Assembly (NCBI GenBank): GCA_029203105.1
Contig: CP119318.1
Location: 3,243,721-3,307,720, forward strand
Length of the DNA stretch: 64,000 bases
Reading direction: 5' to 3'
From: Candidatus Kaistia colombiensis
Lineage (GTDB): Bacteria; Pseudomonadota; Alphaproteobacteria; Rhizobiales; Kaistiaceae
Under the pieces are notes generated by a model. That model had not been told where the DNA came from and made no database searches. It saw only the letters and a list, made by a program, of their open reading frames with translations. Every line of letters begins with the position of its first letter. Within the stretch, counting starts at the first letter, position 1. The position numbers were made by a program, and so were the translations under genes. Positions 26,968-36,166 of the stretch are shown one piece after another.

Positions 26968-29100
26968 TCAGGCGACGGCCGCCTCGAGCGCCGCATCCTC
27001 GGCCACGGAGGGAGCCGTCGCGAGCAGCACCATGACCTCGACCGTGGCGGCGGCCTTCATCGCCTCATAGGCGCGTGTCGTGCGCGGATCGCTAGCGCCG
27101 CCGTCCGCGACGACGATAACCGCCCCCGCCTGCGGGGCCAGCTGGAGCGCCATCTCGGCGTCGGCATCGAGCAGGATCTGGTCATAGGTCTGGTCGAGCG
27201 CATCGAGGATGCTAACGAAGCGCTCGCCCTTTGCCGCGTCGGGGCCGAACTCCAGCAGTCCGTGCGGAATGAGGTGGGCGCGCGAACGGCGATCCCGGAA
27301 GATGACCTGGGCGAACGAGGCGATTCCGGCGAAGAGATCGGTCAGACCCGGCAGGCGCTCGCCCGCGGACATCGCCTTGCTGTCCGCGCCATCGGCATAG
27401 AGATCGATCAGCAACACGCGGTTGCCGCGCCGCGACAGCGCGCGGGCCAGGGCGACGGCCGCGAGCGGCCGACCGGTGGAACCGAGTTCCGCCATCGAGA
27501 TCAGAACCCGACGCGCCTTCGATTCGACGACGTGCTCGACGATCGAGTTCAGCGAGTCCTGTGCCTCGGCGGTCAGGCCGCGGGCGAGAGCCGGCTCCGG
27601 CGGCACCAGAGGCAGAACCTCCGGAGCCTCGTCGTTCCAGCGCATCTTGCCGTCAACAGGAACGGTACTGGGAACGATCGGCGGCGCCTCGATCGAGATG
27701 CGGCGAAGCGCCCGGCCGGAGGTGAGTTCGCGGATCATGATGACGGCAATCGCCAGCAACAACAGCGCCACCGTCGCGGCCGCGGTGATCGGCAGCTTCT
27801 TCGGGAATGTCGGCTCCAGCGGCACGGCGGCGCGCGAGATGATGCGGGCGTCCGCCGGCAGATAGTTGCCGTCCTGGCGCGACGAGGCCTCGCGATAGCG
27901 CTTCAGATAGCTTTCGAGCAGATCGCGCTGCGCCGTCGCCTCGCGCTCCAGGGCGCGCAGCTCGACTTCGTCATTGTTGGTCTGGCCGGTCGCCGCCTTG
28001 GCGCGGGCGATATCCTGGCCGATATCGGCCTCGCGGGCACGCGCGGTCGCGGCCTCACCTTCCAGACTCTGGAAGATCCGCGTCACTTCATGACGAACCT
28101 GGGCGTCGAGATCGCCGAGCTGAGCATTCAGCTCGCGGATGCGCGGATGCGCTGGCAGGAGGGTCGCCGAAAGCTGGGCGATCTGCGCCCGCAACGCCAC
28201 CTGCTGCTCGCGCAGTCGCTGGATCAGCTGCGAATCGCGGACATCCGCCACATCCGGCGTCGCGCCGCCCGCGAGGCTCTTGCGGACCGTCTCGGCCTTC
28301 GCTTGGGCGGCGGAGCGAGCCGCAACCAGCCGCGCCAATTCAGCGTTGAGGTCGTTCAGCTTCTGCTGCGCCAGCGATGTGTTGTTCTGCCCGCCCGAAA
28401 ACAGGCCATGCTCTGTGCGGAAGGCTTCCACTTTCGCCTCCGCCGTCGTGACCTTGGTGCGGAGATCGGCAATCTGCGATTCGAGCCAGCGCGTGGCGTC
28501 GGCATTGGTCGAACGCCGCGCCTCGCGCTCCAGCGCCAGATATTCGTCGGCGACCGCATTGGCGACCTGCGCCGCAAGCTGCGGATTGGTCGACGAGAAA
28601 CCGACCGTGATGACGCGGGTCTTGTCGATCGAGAAAACGTCGAGGCGGTCAGCGAAGCGCTGCAACACACGCTCTTCCACCGAGCCCTCCGGGACGGGCC
28701 GGCCGAGTCCAATTCCGACCAGCATCTGGTCGAAAGTCGGCAGGAAGCGCGGCTTGCTGAATTCCTTCAGCGAGGCGAGGCCAAGAGAATCGACGACCGT
28801 TGTCGCGAGATCGCGCGACCCGATGAGCTGGACCTGGCTGGCGACGCCTTCGGAATCGAGAAGGGCCCTCACCTCCTCCGTGCCGGCTCCGGCGCGGGTG
28901 ATCTCCGATTCACCGCTTTCGATCAGGATCTTCGCTTCGGCCGTATAGCGAGGCGTGGCGAAGTTCAGCCCGACATAGAGCGCGCCGGCAAACAGAACCG
29001 CGGCAAGCAACAGCCACGGCAAAGCGCGCACAAGCGCACCGAATAGCGCCCGGACGTCGAGTTCGACGTCATCGATTTGCCCGAAGCGGCCATCCGTCAT
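26968..29100 (-). CDS. Polysaccharide co-polymerase (ExoP/GumC/Wzc-like) with C-terminal degenerate P-loop domain
   Basis: Wzz-type N-terminus (TM, then YTAEAKILIE), a long coiled-coil periplasmic region, a second TM, and a MinD/BY-kinase-like domain. Start taken at MTDGRFGQ (29100); GTG 29172 is an alternative. Confidence 0.85.
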   Translation of the reverse strand: MTDGRFGQIDDVELDVRALFGALVRALPWLLLAAVLFAGALYVGLNFATPRYTAEAKILIESGESEITRAGAGTEEVRALLDSEGVASQVQLIGSRDLATTVVDSLGLASLKEFSKPRFLPTFDQMLVGIGLGRPVPEGSVEERVLQRFADRLDVFSIDKTRVITVGFSSTNPQLAAQVANAVADEYLALEREARRSTNADATRWLESQIADLRTKVTTAEAKVEAFRTEHGLFSGGQNNTSLAQQKLNDLNAELARLVAARSAAQAKAETVRKSLAGGATPDVADVRDSQLIQRLREQQVALRAQIAQLSATLLPAHPRIRELNAQLGDLDAQVRHEVTRIFQSLEGEAATARAREADIGQDIARAKAATGQTNNDEVELRALEREATAQRDLLESYLKRYREASSRQDGNYLPADARIISRAAVPLEPTFPKKLPITAAATVALLLLAIAVIMIRELTSGRALRRISIEAPPIVPSTVPVDGKMRWNDEAPEVLPLVPPEPALARGLTAEAQDSLNSIVEHVVESKARRVLISMAELGSTGRPLAAVALARALSRRGNRVLLIDLYADGADSKAMSAGERLPGLTDLFAGIASFAQVIFRDRRSRAHLIPHGLLEFGPDAAKGERFVSILDALDQTYDQILLDADAEMALQLAPQAGAVIVVADGGASDPRTTRAYEAMKAAATVEVMVLLATAPSVAEDAALEAAVA

Positions 29101-29290
29101 AATCGCGCCCAGTCTCCCTGCCGACGCGACATGATCGAGAGTCACGGTAACTACCGCGTTAATTTCGGCCACGGCCGGTTAAGGCCATCCACGACAACGC
29201 GCAGGATAAGCTTCAGGTTTTACCTCGCATTAACCATGCGCGACGGACAGTCCGGGCTATCGATTCACTTACGAGCCGGACGCCATCCCG

Positions 29291-29854
29291 ATGCGATTTC
29301 CCCTTCTTGTCGCGCCCCTTGTCGGCGCCGCCTTGCTCGGTGGCTGCGCCACGGCATACCCGCCGCAAGATCCTGCGACCTACAAGACGCTGATCGCGCC
29401 CTATCGCCTCGACAGTGGCGACCGCCTGCGCGTCATGGTGTTCGGCCAAGCCGACCTGACGAACAGCTACACCATCGACCAGGCGGGCTATATCTCGATG
29501 CCGCTGATCGGCGCGGTCGCGGCGCGCGGCCGCAGCACCCAGGAAATGGAAGGCGATATCGCCGCCAAGCTGCGCAAGGGCTTCGTGCGCAATCCGGACG
29601 TTTCGGTCGAGGTTGATCGCTATCGCCCCTTCTTCATCATGGGCGAGGTCGGCAGCGCCGGTCAGTACCCTTACGTGAATGGCATGACGGCCCAGACGGC
29701 CATCGCCATTGCCGGCGGCTTCACGCCGCGCGCCCAGCGCGCCGATGTCGACGTCACCCGCCAGGTGAACGGAAAAGTCACGACTGTCCGGCTATTGCCG
29801 ACACAGCCGATCTACCCCGGCGATACCGTCAACGTGCGCGAGCGCTTCTTCTGA
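29291..29854 (+). CDS. Outer-membrane polysaccharide export lipoprotein (Wza/ExoF/GumB, OPX family)
   Basis: Lipobox LLGGC. Poly_export region YRLDSGDRLRVMVFGQADLTNSYTIDQAGYISMPLIG, followed by an SLBB-like segment. Confidence 0.88.
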   Translation: MRFPLLVAPLVGAALLGGCATAYPPQDPATYKTLIAPYRLDSGDRLRVMVFGQADLTNSYTIDQAGYISMPLIGAVAARGRSTQEMEGDIAAKLRKGFVRNPDVSVEVDRYRPFFIMGEVGSAGQYPYVNGMTAQTAIAIAGGFTPRAQRADVDVTRQVNGKVTTVRLLPTQPIYPGDTVNVRERFF

Positions 29855-29858
29855 GCAA

Positions 29859-31064
29859 ATGACCGAGCAGCAGAACGCCCCTCATGCGCGCGATGGCGCC
29901 AGACTCAGGATCGTTCACTGCTTCCGGTCGCCCGTCGGCGGCATTTTCCGACATGTTCGCGACCTCGCGGAGGCGCAGGCTGCCGAAGGCCACAGGGTCG
30001 GCATCGTTTGCGACTCATCAACGGGCGGCGCGCGGGAGGAAGAACTTATCCACGCGCTGCTGCCACATCTCGAGCTCGGACTGCACCGCACGCCGATGCA
30101 GCGGCAGGTGTCGCCATCCGATCTCTTCGCCTTCCTGCGGCTGTTCCGCCGCATCAAGGCTCTCAATCCCGATATCCTCCATACGCATGGCGCCAAGGGC
30201 GGCGTGTATGGGCGCGGTATCGGCACGCTCTTGCGGGTCTTTGGTTCCAGCGTGGCTCGCATCTACTGTCCGCATGGCGGAAGCCTGCACTACGACGCCG
30301 AGACTCGCTCGGGGCGGCTGTTCTTCCGCATCGAGCACCTGCTGGAGAAGATGACCGACGCACTCGTCTTCGTCAGCGACTATGAAGCGCGGGCCTACAG
30401 CAAGAAGGTCGGCACGCCCCGCAAGCCGTGGCGGATCGTACCGAACGGCATCCGCGAGGAGGAGTTCGACCCGATCGAAACCGTGCCGGGCGCGGCGGAC
30501 TTCCTCTATATCGGCATGATGCGTGACCTGAAGGGAACGGACGTCTTCATCGACGCCCTCGCCCGGCTGCGCGACCGGCGTGGCGTCGCGCCAACGGCGG
30601 AAATCGTCGGCGATGGCCCCGACAAGGAGCGCTACGAGTTGCAGGTCCGGCGACTGGGCCTCGACGCGACAACCCGCTTCCACCCGGCAATGGCGACCCG
30701 TACCGCCTTCGGCATGGCGCGAGTTGTCGTCGTGCCGTCGCGCGCCGAGTCGATGCCTTATGTCGTCCTGGAGGCTGCCGCCGCGGCGCGACCGATGATC
30801 GCCACGCGGGTCGGGGGGATTCCGGAGATCTTCGCCGCGGAACAGGCTCGCCTGGTCGCACCCAGCGACGTCGGCGCACTTGCCGAAGCCATGGACGATC
30901 TTCTCGACCATCCGGCGCGCGCCGCCGACGAGGCGCGGCGGCTGCGCGACCTCGTCCACCCACGCTTCTCGATCCAGCACATGACGGATGTCGTCGGCGC
31001 ACTCTATCGTGATTGCCGAAGCGGCAAGGCCGAGACGATCCGAGGCCCCCGGCCGATCCTCTAG
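29859..31064 (+). CDS. Family-4 (GT-B) glycosyltransferase
   Basis: 401 aa. C-terminal VVPSRAESMPYVVLEAAAAARPMIATRVGGIPEI (EX7E region). Confidence 0.85.
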   Translation: MTEQQNAPHARDGARLRIVHCFRSPVGGIFRHVRDLAEAQAAEGHRVGIVCDSSTGGAREEELIHALLPHLELGLHRTPMQRQVSPSDLFAFLRLFRRIKALNPDILHTHGAKGGVYGRGIGTLLRVFGSSVARIYCPHGGSLHYDAETRSGRLFFRIEHLLEKMTDALVFVSDYEARAYSKKVGTPRKPWRIVPNGIREEEFDPIETVPGAADFLYIGMMRDLKGTDVFIDALARLRDRRGVAPTAEIVGDGPDKERYELQVRRLGLDATTRFHPAMATRTAFGMARVVVVPSRAESMPYVVLEAAAAARPMIATRVGGIPEIFAAEQARLVAPSDVGALAEAMDDLLDHPARAADEARRLRDLVHPRFSIQHMTDVVGALYRDCRSGKAETIRGPRPIL

Positions 31065-31075
31065 TTCAGGCGGCG

Positions 31076-31141
31076 CTCACCGCGCCGTCCACACGGCCAG
31101 TTCGTAACCGTCCGGGTCGGTGAAGTGGAATCGGCTGCCGG
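31076..31141 (-). pseudogene. Relic of the 3' end of a glyoxalase/VOC-family gene
   Basis: The minus strand reads ...GSRFHFTDPDGYELAVWTAR-stop. This is a typical VOC C-terminal strand motif with no upstream remainder, since an in-frame stop lies about 30 codons upstream. Confidence 0.35.
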
Positions 31142-31279
31142 CTTGGCGCCGCGCCCGGATGCTACAGTATCAGACGGCACAGCGATCGCGGTTGCAATTC
31201 ACCGGAAAGCCAATCTCGGCAAAGGTTTGTTAGCGCTCCCTGTCTATCCTCGCGGGATCTTGTCGGCTCCCAGCAGGTC

Positions 31280-32779
31280 ATGACGATAGATCCCAATCAA
31301 AGCCTCGACGCGTCACCGCACCGCGCCTCGCTGAACCAGCACGCTCGCGAAGTCGCAGCCGCCCTGTCGACCGAAGCCATTTCGCCACGACTGCTCGCCG
31401 GCACGATCCAGGCCATCGAGGCGTTCGCACTCATCCTCATCGGCTACCTCTTCTGGCCGAAGACCTCACCCTATCCGGGCTATCTCGGCCTGAGCGAACT
31501 CATGCTGGTTGTCGCGGCGCCGCTGATCGCCATTTTCGGGATCCATTCGATCGGCGGTTATCGGATCGCGGCGCTGCGCGACTACTTGCCGATTCTGTCG
31601 CACATCCTGATCGGTTGGGCGCTGGCTATCGCGATCGTCGCCGCGGGCAGCTTCTTCTTCGAACTCCAGAGCGACGGACGTCGCGCCTGGCTCGGCATCC
31701 TGTTTCTGGTGGGCGCGACGTTCTTCATCCTCGAGCGCGTCACGATCGCCGCCCTCGTCGGCCGCTGGACGGGTGAAGGCAGGCTGGAACGGCGGGCCGT
31801 GATTGTCGGCGGCGGTGAGCACGCTGCCGAACTGTTGGCCGCGCTCGGCGACCAGAGCCAGACCGACGTTCGCATATGCGGCCTGTTCGACGATCGCGGT
31901 GGCGACCGCTCGCCGGACGAAGTGGCCGGCGTTCCGAAACTCGGTACCGTATTCGAGCTCGTCGAATTCGCGCGCCTCGCCCGCATCGACCTTTTGATCG
32001 TCGCGCTGCCGATGAGTGCTGAAAGCCGCGTGCTTCAGCTGCTCAAGCGGCTTTGGGTCCTGCCGGTCGATATCCGAATCTCGGCGCTCGGCAGCAAGCT
32101 GCGCTTCACCCCGCGCTCCTATTCCTATGTCGGCCCGGTGCCGCTGGTCGACCTGTTCGATCGTCCGATCGCCGGCTGGGATTCCCTGCTGAAGCGGGCC
32201 TTCGATCTCGTATTCGCGACCGTCGCCCTTGTGCTTTTGTCGCCGGTCATGCTGCTCACGGCGATCGCCATCCGGCTCGACAGCCCCGGGCCGGTCCTGT
32301 TCCGGCAGAAGCGCTACGGCTTCAACAATGAAGTCATCGACGTCTTCAAGTTCCGCTCGATGTATCATCACATGAGCGATCCGACGGCGAAGGTGGTCGT
32401 GACGAAGGGCGATGCGCGCGTCACCCGCGTCGGCAGGTTCATCCGCCGCACCTCGCTCGACGAATTGCCTCAGTTGGTCAATGTCCTGCGCGGCGAGCTC
32501 TCGCTGGTCGGCCCCCGGCCGCACGCCGTCAACGCCCACACGGAAAACCGCCTCTGGGATGAAGTGGTCGACGGCTATTTCGCCCGCCACAAGGTCAAGC
32601 CCGGCGTCACGGGATGGGCACAGATCAATGGCTGGCGCGGCGAAGTCGACACGCCGGAGAAGATCCGCCGGCGCGTCGAGTTCGACCTGCAATACATCGA
32701 ACGGTGGTCGGTCCCCTTCGATCTCTACATCCTGATGATGACGCCCTTCTCCCTGATCAATACCGAGAACGCCTATTGA
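31280..32779 (+). CDS. Polyprenyl-phosphate hexose-1-phosphate transferase (WcaJ/ExoY-type priming sugar transferase)
   Basis: 499 aa with N-terminal TM helices, a CoA_binding_3-like linker and a bacterial sugar transferase domain (SPGPVLFRQKRYGFNNEVIDVFKFRSM, DELPQLVNVLRGELSLVGPRP). Confidence 0.9.
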   Translation: MTIDPNQSLDASPHRASLNQHAREVAAALSTEAISPRLLAGTIQAIEAFALILIGYLFWPKTSPYPGYLGLSELMLVVAAPLIAIFGIHSIGGYRIAALRDYLPILSHILIGWALAIAIVAAGSFFFELQSDGRRAWLGILFLVGATFFILERVTIAALVGRWTGEGRLERRAVIVGGGEHAAELLAALGDQSQTDVRICGLFDDRGGDRSPDEVAGVPKLGTVFELVEFARLARIDLLIVALPMSAESRVLQLLKRLWVLPVDIRISALGSKLRFTPRSYSYVGPVPLVDLFDRPIAGWDSLLKRAFDLVFATVALVLLSPVMLLTAIAIRLDSPGPVLFRQKRYGFNNEVIDVFKFRSMYHHMSDPTAKVVVTKGDARVTRVGRFIRRTSLDELPQLVNVLRGELSLVGPRPHAVNAHTENRLWDEVVDGYFARHKVKPGVTGWAQINGWRGEVDTPEKIRRRVEFDLQYIERWSVPFDLYILMMTPFSLINTENAY

Positions 32780-34047
32780 TGCGCGTCGTGACGAGGCCCC
32801 AGGCGATCCCGGCGCGCATGGTCGCCAATGCGACCATCGCCGTCCTCGTTTTCCTCAGCGGCTTCGTCCTCTACGAACCGGCGCCGTCGGATCTTCTGCT
32901 CTGCGTCGTCGTTGTGATCTGGGCATTCGCCGGCCTGAGGCTGAGCCGGCCGATGGCGCCGATGATCAGCTTGATGCTGGTCTATATGGCCGGCGGGTTC
33001 CTCTCCTTCACCCAGCTTCACGCCTTCCAGAAGCCGTTCGTCTACATGGCGACCACCGGCTTCCTGATCATCTCGTCGATGTTCTTCGCCGCCGTCATCC
33101 AGGTCGATACGGAGCGTCGCCTGAAGGTCATCGAGCGGAGCTACATCTTCTCCGCCATTCTCTGCGCGGCGATCGGAATCCTCGCCTATTTCGGCAAGAT
33201 CCCCTATGCGGAGCTGTTTACGCTCTATGACCGCGCCAAGGGCGTGTTCAAGGACCCGAACGTCTTCGGCCCCTACCTCGTGCTACCCCTGGTCGTGCTC
33301 ACCCGCGCGGTGCTGACGGATCGGCTTCGGCACTCTTTCTGGCGCATGGTCGGCATCCTGATCCTGATGGCCGGCATCTTCCTGTCCTTCTCGCGCGCCG
33401 CCTGGGGGCTAGCGATCTTCGCCCTCCTCCTGGTGACGCTGCTCGCCTTCCTGACCGAACCGCGCCAGAGCCACAGGTTGCGGATGCTCGCCTATATCGC
33501 CGGCGGCATCCTGCTGGTGGCGCTCCTGCTGGCGCTGCTGCTTTCCATCCCCGTCGTGCAGGATCTGTTCGCGCAGCGCTTCAAGCTGGTGCAGGAATAT
33601 GACGGCGGCCGCCTCGGCCGCTTCGAGCGGCACATCATCGGCTTCTTCCTGATCCAGGAGAATCCGCTCGGCCTCGGCCCCTTCCAGTTCGGCATCCGGA
33701 TGGGCGAGGACGAACACAACATGTGGCTGAAGGGCTTCACCGCCTATGGCTGGCTCGGCGGCTTCTCCTATATCGCGCTCGTCATCTGGACGCTGGTGAT
33801 CGCGACGCCGCTGGTGTTCAAGAACCGCCCCTGGACCCCGTTCGTCCAGAGCGTCTATGCGGTCTATCTCGGCCATCTGATGATCCACAACGTGATCGAC
33901 AACGACCACTGGCGGCATGTCTTCCTGATCTACGGGCTTCTTTGGGGGATCTATGCGCTCGAATGGAAGGCGCAACGCCTCGGGCGCTTTCAGCCCGCGC
34001 CGCCGCCGCTGGTGTTCGGGCCGGTTGCCCTTCCACGCGCCGGCTGA
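32779..34047 (+). CDS. O-antigen ligase / Wzy-like polymerase family membrane protein
   Basis: 422 aa from ATG 32779, which overlaps the upstream stop (ATGA). It has 10 or more TM helices and a Wzy_C-like loop (FLSFSRAAWG). Confidence 0.75.
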   Translation: MRVVTRPQAIPARMVANATIAVLVFLSGFVLYEPAPSDLLLCVVVVIWAFAGLRLSRPMAPMISLMLVYMAGGFLSFTQLHAFQKPFVYMATTGFLIISSMFFAAVIQVDTERRLKVIERSYIFSAILCAAIGILAYFGKIPYAELFTLYDRAKGVFKDPNVFGPYLVLPLVVLTRAVLTDRLRHSFWRMVGILILMAGIFLSFSRAAWGLAIFALLLVTLLAFLTEPRQSHRLRMLAYIAGGILLVALLLALLLSIPVVQDLFAQRFKLVQEYDGGRLGRFERHIIGFFLIQENPLGLGPFQFGIRMGEDEHNMWLKGFTAYGWLGGFSYIALVIWTLVIATPLVFKNRPWTPFVQSVYAVYLGHLMIHNVIDNDHWRHVFLIYGLLWGIYALEWKAQRLGRFQPAPPPLVFGPVALPRAG

Positions 34048-34053
34048 GCGCGC

Positions 34054-34791
34054 TCAATCGAACGCGTAGAGCCGAAACAGATCGCTCGGCGCGACGAAGA
34101 GCTCGCGCATCTGCTCGAAGCCGGCCTCCTGCGCGAGCGCCCGCCAGCCGGATACCGTCTCGGGATAGTCGGCCGCCGATACGTGGTCCCAGATCACGTC
34201 CCATTCGGCGGCATCGAATGCCGTCCAGAACGGCCGCTGGGCCTGCCATCGCTCCAGCCAGCCCTCGCGCCCCTCCCCATCCGGGCTGGTGTTCTCATAG
34301 ATCAGGATCTGTCCGCCCTCGCCGACAATCGAACGGACCGCCCGCATGACCCTGCGCTTTTCCGCCGTGCGCAGGTGATGCAGGGACAGGCCGATCCAAA
34401 CGACGTCAACCGGCTCCGAGCGCAGCGGCAGCAATTCGGCGAAGTCCCCCTCGTTGAGGACGAAGGGGCACCCGAGCGCCGGCAGCGTATGGTCCGCAAT
34501 ATCGAGCGCCGCCCGCGAGAGGTCGATCCCTTCATAGTGCGCAATGGCTGTGCCTCGCAGCGCCTCGACGCTGGCGCCGGCATCGCCGCAGGCGACGTCG
34601 AGGAAGGAAAACGGCCGCCCCGGCTCATGCTGCGTCAGGGCACGGTGCAGGCAGGCATACGCCTCACGGTGGAACAGATAGTTGTTGTCGATGAACTTGC
34701 GATAGATCTGCCAGTCGCGCTGAAAGATCTGCTGCGATGGCAGTTCGGCTCGGCCGGATGCGAACCGGCGAGGTCGAGGCGCATCGACCAT
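34054..34791 (-). CDS. Class I SAM-dependent methyltransferase
   Basis: SAM motif I FLDVACGDAG, with downstream acidic loop and motif II/III spacing. Start at MVDAPRP (ATG 34791); the track start is TTG 34845. Confidence 0.8.
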   Translation of the reverse strand: MVDAPRPRRFASGRAELPSQQIFQRDWQIYRKFIDNNYLFHREAYACLHRALTQHEPGRPFSFLDVACGDAGASVEALRGTAIAHYEGIDLSRAALDIADHTLPALGCPFVLNEGDFAELLPLRSEPVDVVWIGLSLHHLRTAEKRRVMRAVRSIVGEGGQILIYENTSPDGEGREGWLERWQAQRPFWTAFDAAEWDVIWDHVSAADYPETVSGWRALAQEAGFEQMRELFVAPSDLFRLYAFD

Positions 34792-35100
34792 GGATCGAAC
34801 TCCGATCGGTCGCGTCAAGCGGCCTGCGCGCGCAACCGACTGCAAAGTCTACCACAGGATCGGCAGCAATCGCGGCGGCGGCTGCCATCCCAGCCAGGCG
34901 GCCGCTCCGATTGTCTCGCCAGAATGTGAGCGCCCTCTGCGTGTGAGGGGCCACCGCGGCGACAGGCGAAATTCAGGTGCCGCCCCGCCGCCACAGGCGG
35001 ATCCGATGCGACAGGTGCCGGCTCGATCACCATCCACCGTCGGCGTCGCTCTCGCCTGCACAACGGATTGTGATTCTGTCCGGCCCGGTGGGCGACCGCC

Positions 35101-35607
35101 TCAGCGGCTGCGGCCCGGGTCGCTAGCGGCCGTCAACCGGCCCTTTGTCTGGATTTCGCGCAACAACCGACCCAGTCCCTCGTCGGAAACCATCTCGGCC
35201 GCCTCCGAAAGATGGCACCAGCGGCGCTTGCGCTCACCGCGCTCGCGCCATTGCAGCAGCGTGCCGCGCACGCGCAACGCAAACATGGTGACGATGCAGT
35301 CGACGGAGGTCTGGTCGCTCAGGATCTTGGCATAGTTGTAGGACCCCAAGGCCTGGCGATCGATGTCGCCGATCACGCCGGCCTCTTCGAAGGCCTCGGT
35401 CGCCGCGCTCTCCGGCGCCGACCGGCCTGGCGCCAGCCATCCCTTCGGGAAGAGCCAGCGCCCCCGCTCGCGCGAGGTGACGAGCAGGACACGGATCTCG
35501 CCATGCTTGTTGCGTCGCCAAGGCAAGGCGCCGAACTGCTGGAAGGAATCCCCGTCTTCAATCGGCTCGCGCCGCCGCGACGGGCGCTCAAGGATCAGTT
35601 CGTCCAT
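35101..35607 (-). CDS. NUDIX hydrolase
   Basis: 168 aa. Nudix box GWLAPGRSAPESAATEAFEEAGV (GX5EX7REUXEEXGU-like). Confidence 0.85.
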   Translation of the reverse strand: MDELILERPSRRREPIEDGDSFQQFGALPWRRNKHGEIRVLLVTSRERGRWLFPKGWLAPGRSAPESAATEAFEEAGVIGDIDRQALGSYNYAKILSDQTSVDCIVTMFALRVRGTLLQWRERGERKRRWCHLSEAAEMVSDEGLGRLLREIQTKGRLTAASDPGRSR

Positions 35608-36093
35608 CAGAGCCAGACTCCGTAACCAGCGAAAGAGACAAGTCGGCCGCCGACGATCGGCGACGCGGCCGCCGCACGCGCGCCGCCAAGGTCACGGGTC
35701 GGCGCGGTCCGGGAGCTGCGCTTGCGGACTGGAGAGATCGGACAGGCAATTGAAACAAACATCAGAGACTCCGGCTGCGAGAGCCACATATGAGGCATCA
35801 ACCGCAAAAGATGATCTGAGACCCGGAGAGGAAGAACTGCGCGGTATTCAGCTCGACGAGAGGCCACCCCGGGAAAAATCGCACGTTTTCCCAGTCAACC
35901 TCGAAACGAAGAGATGAATCACCATCGACATGATGAGATCTATAATCCGCGATTCTGACCAAAGTATGATTCAGTTTAGGAAATCGGCGCCTCGGCCTCA
36001 AGTCCTATAACGAGTGCGAGCTTCGGCATGTGATCCAGGTCACTTATGGATTGTCCAGAGTGTAAATCCGGCCAAACGAGCAGCATCGGAATA

Positions 36094-36133
36094 GAAAAAA
36101 GCGCCGGGCCGTCTCCGGCCCGACGCTTCTTTT
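36094..36133. terminator. Bidirectional intrinsic terminator
   Basis: aaaaaagcgccgggccg-tctc-cggcccgacgcttctttt forms a GC stem with one mismatch, flanked by an A-run and T-run, just downstream of the stop at 36167. Confidence 0.75.
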
Positions 36134-36166
36134 CGTCCGACTTGCACTTCTTGGCGCCGCCGGAGG

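Noticed and set aside
27262-29046. 594-aa + strand ORF antisense to the exoP-like gene. Similar cases are 10951..12471, 57918..59720, 60846..62075, 39442..41025 and 4219..5499.
   Set aside because: They lie antisense to or out of frame with genes that have clear family motifs. Their compositions are dominated by R, G, A and D, as expected for non-coding frames at about 65% GC.
34792-35100. 300-bp GC-rich spacer with a partial direct repeat (gcgacagg...aggtgccg at about 34958-34981 and gcgacaggtgccg at about 35008-35020).
   Set aside because: The repeat is short and imperfect, with no accompanying hairpin or ORF signal. There is insufficient evidence for any element.
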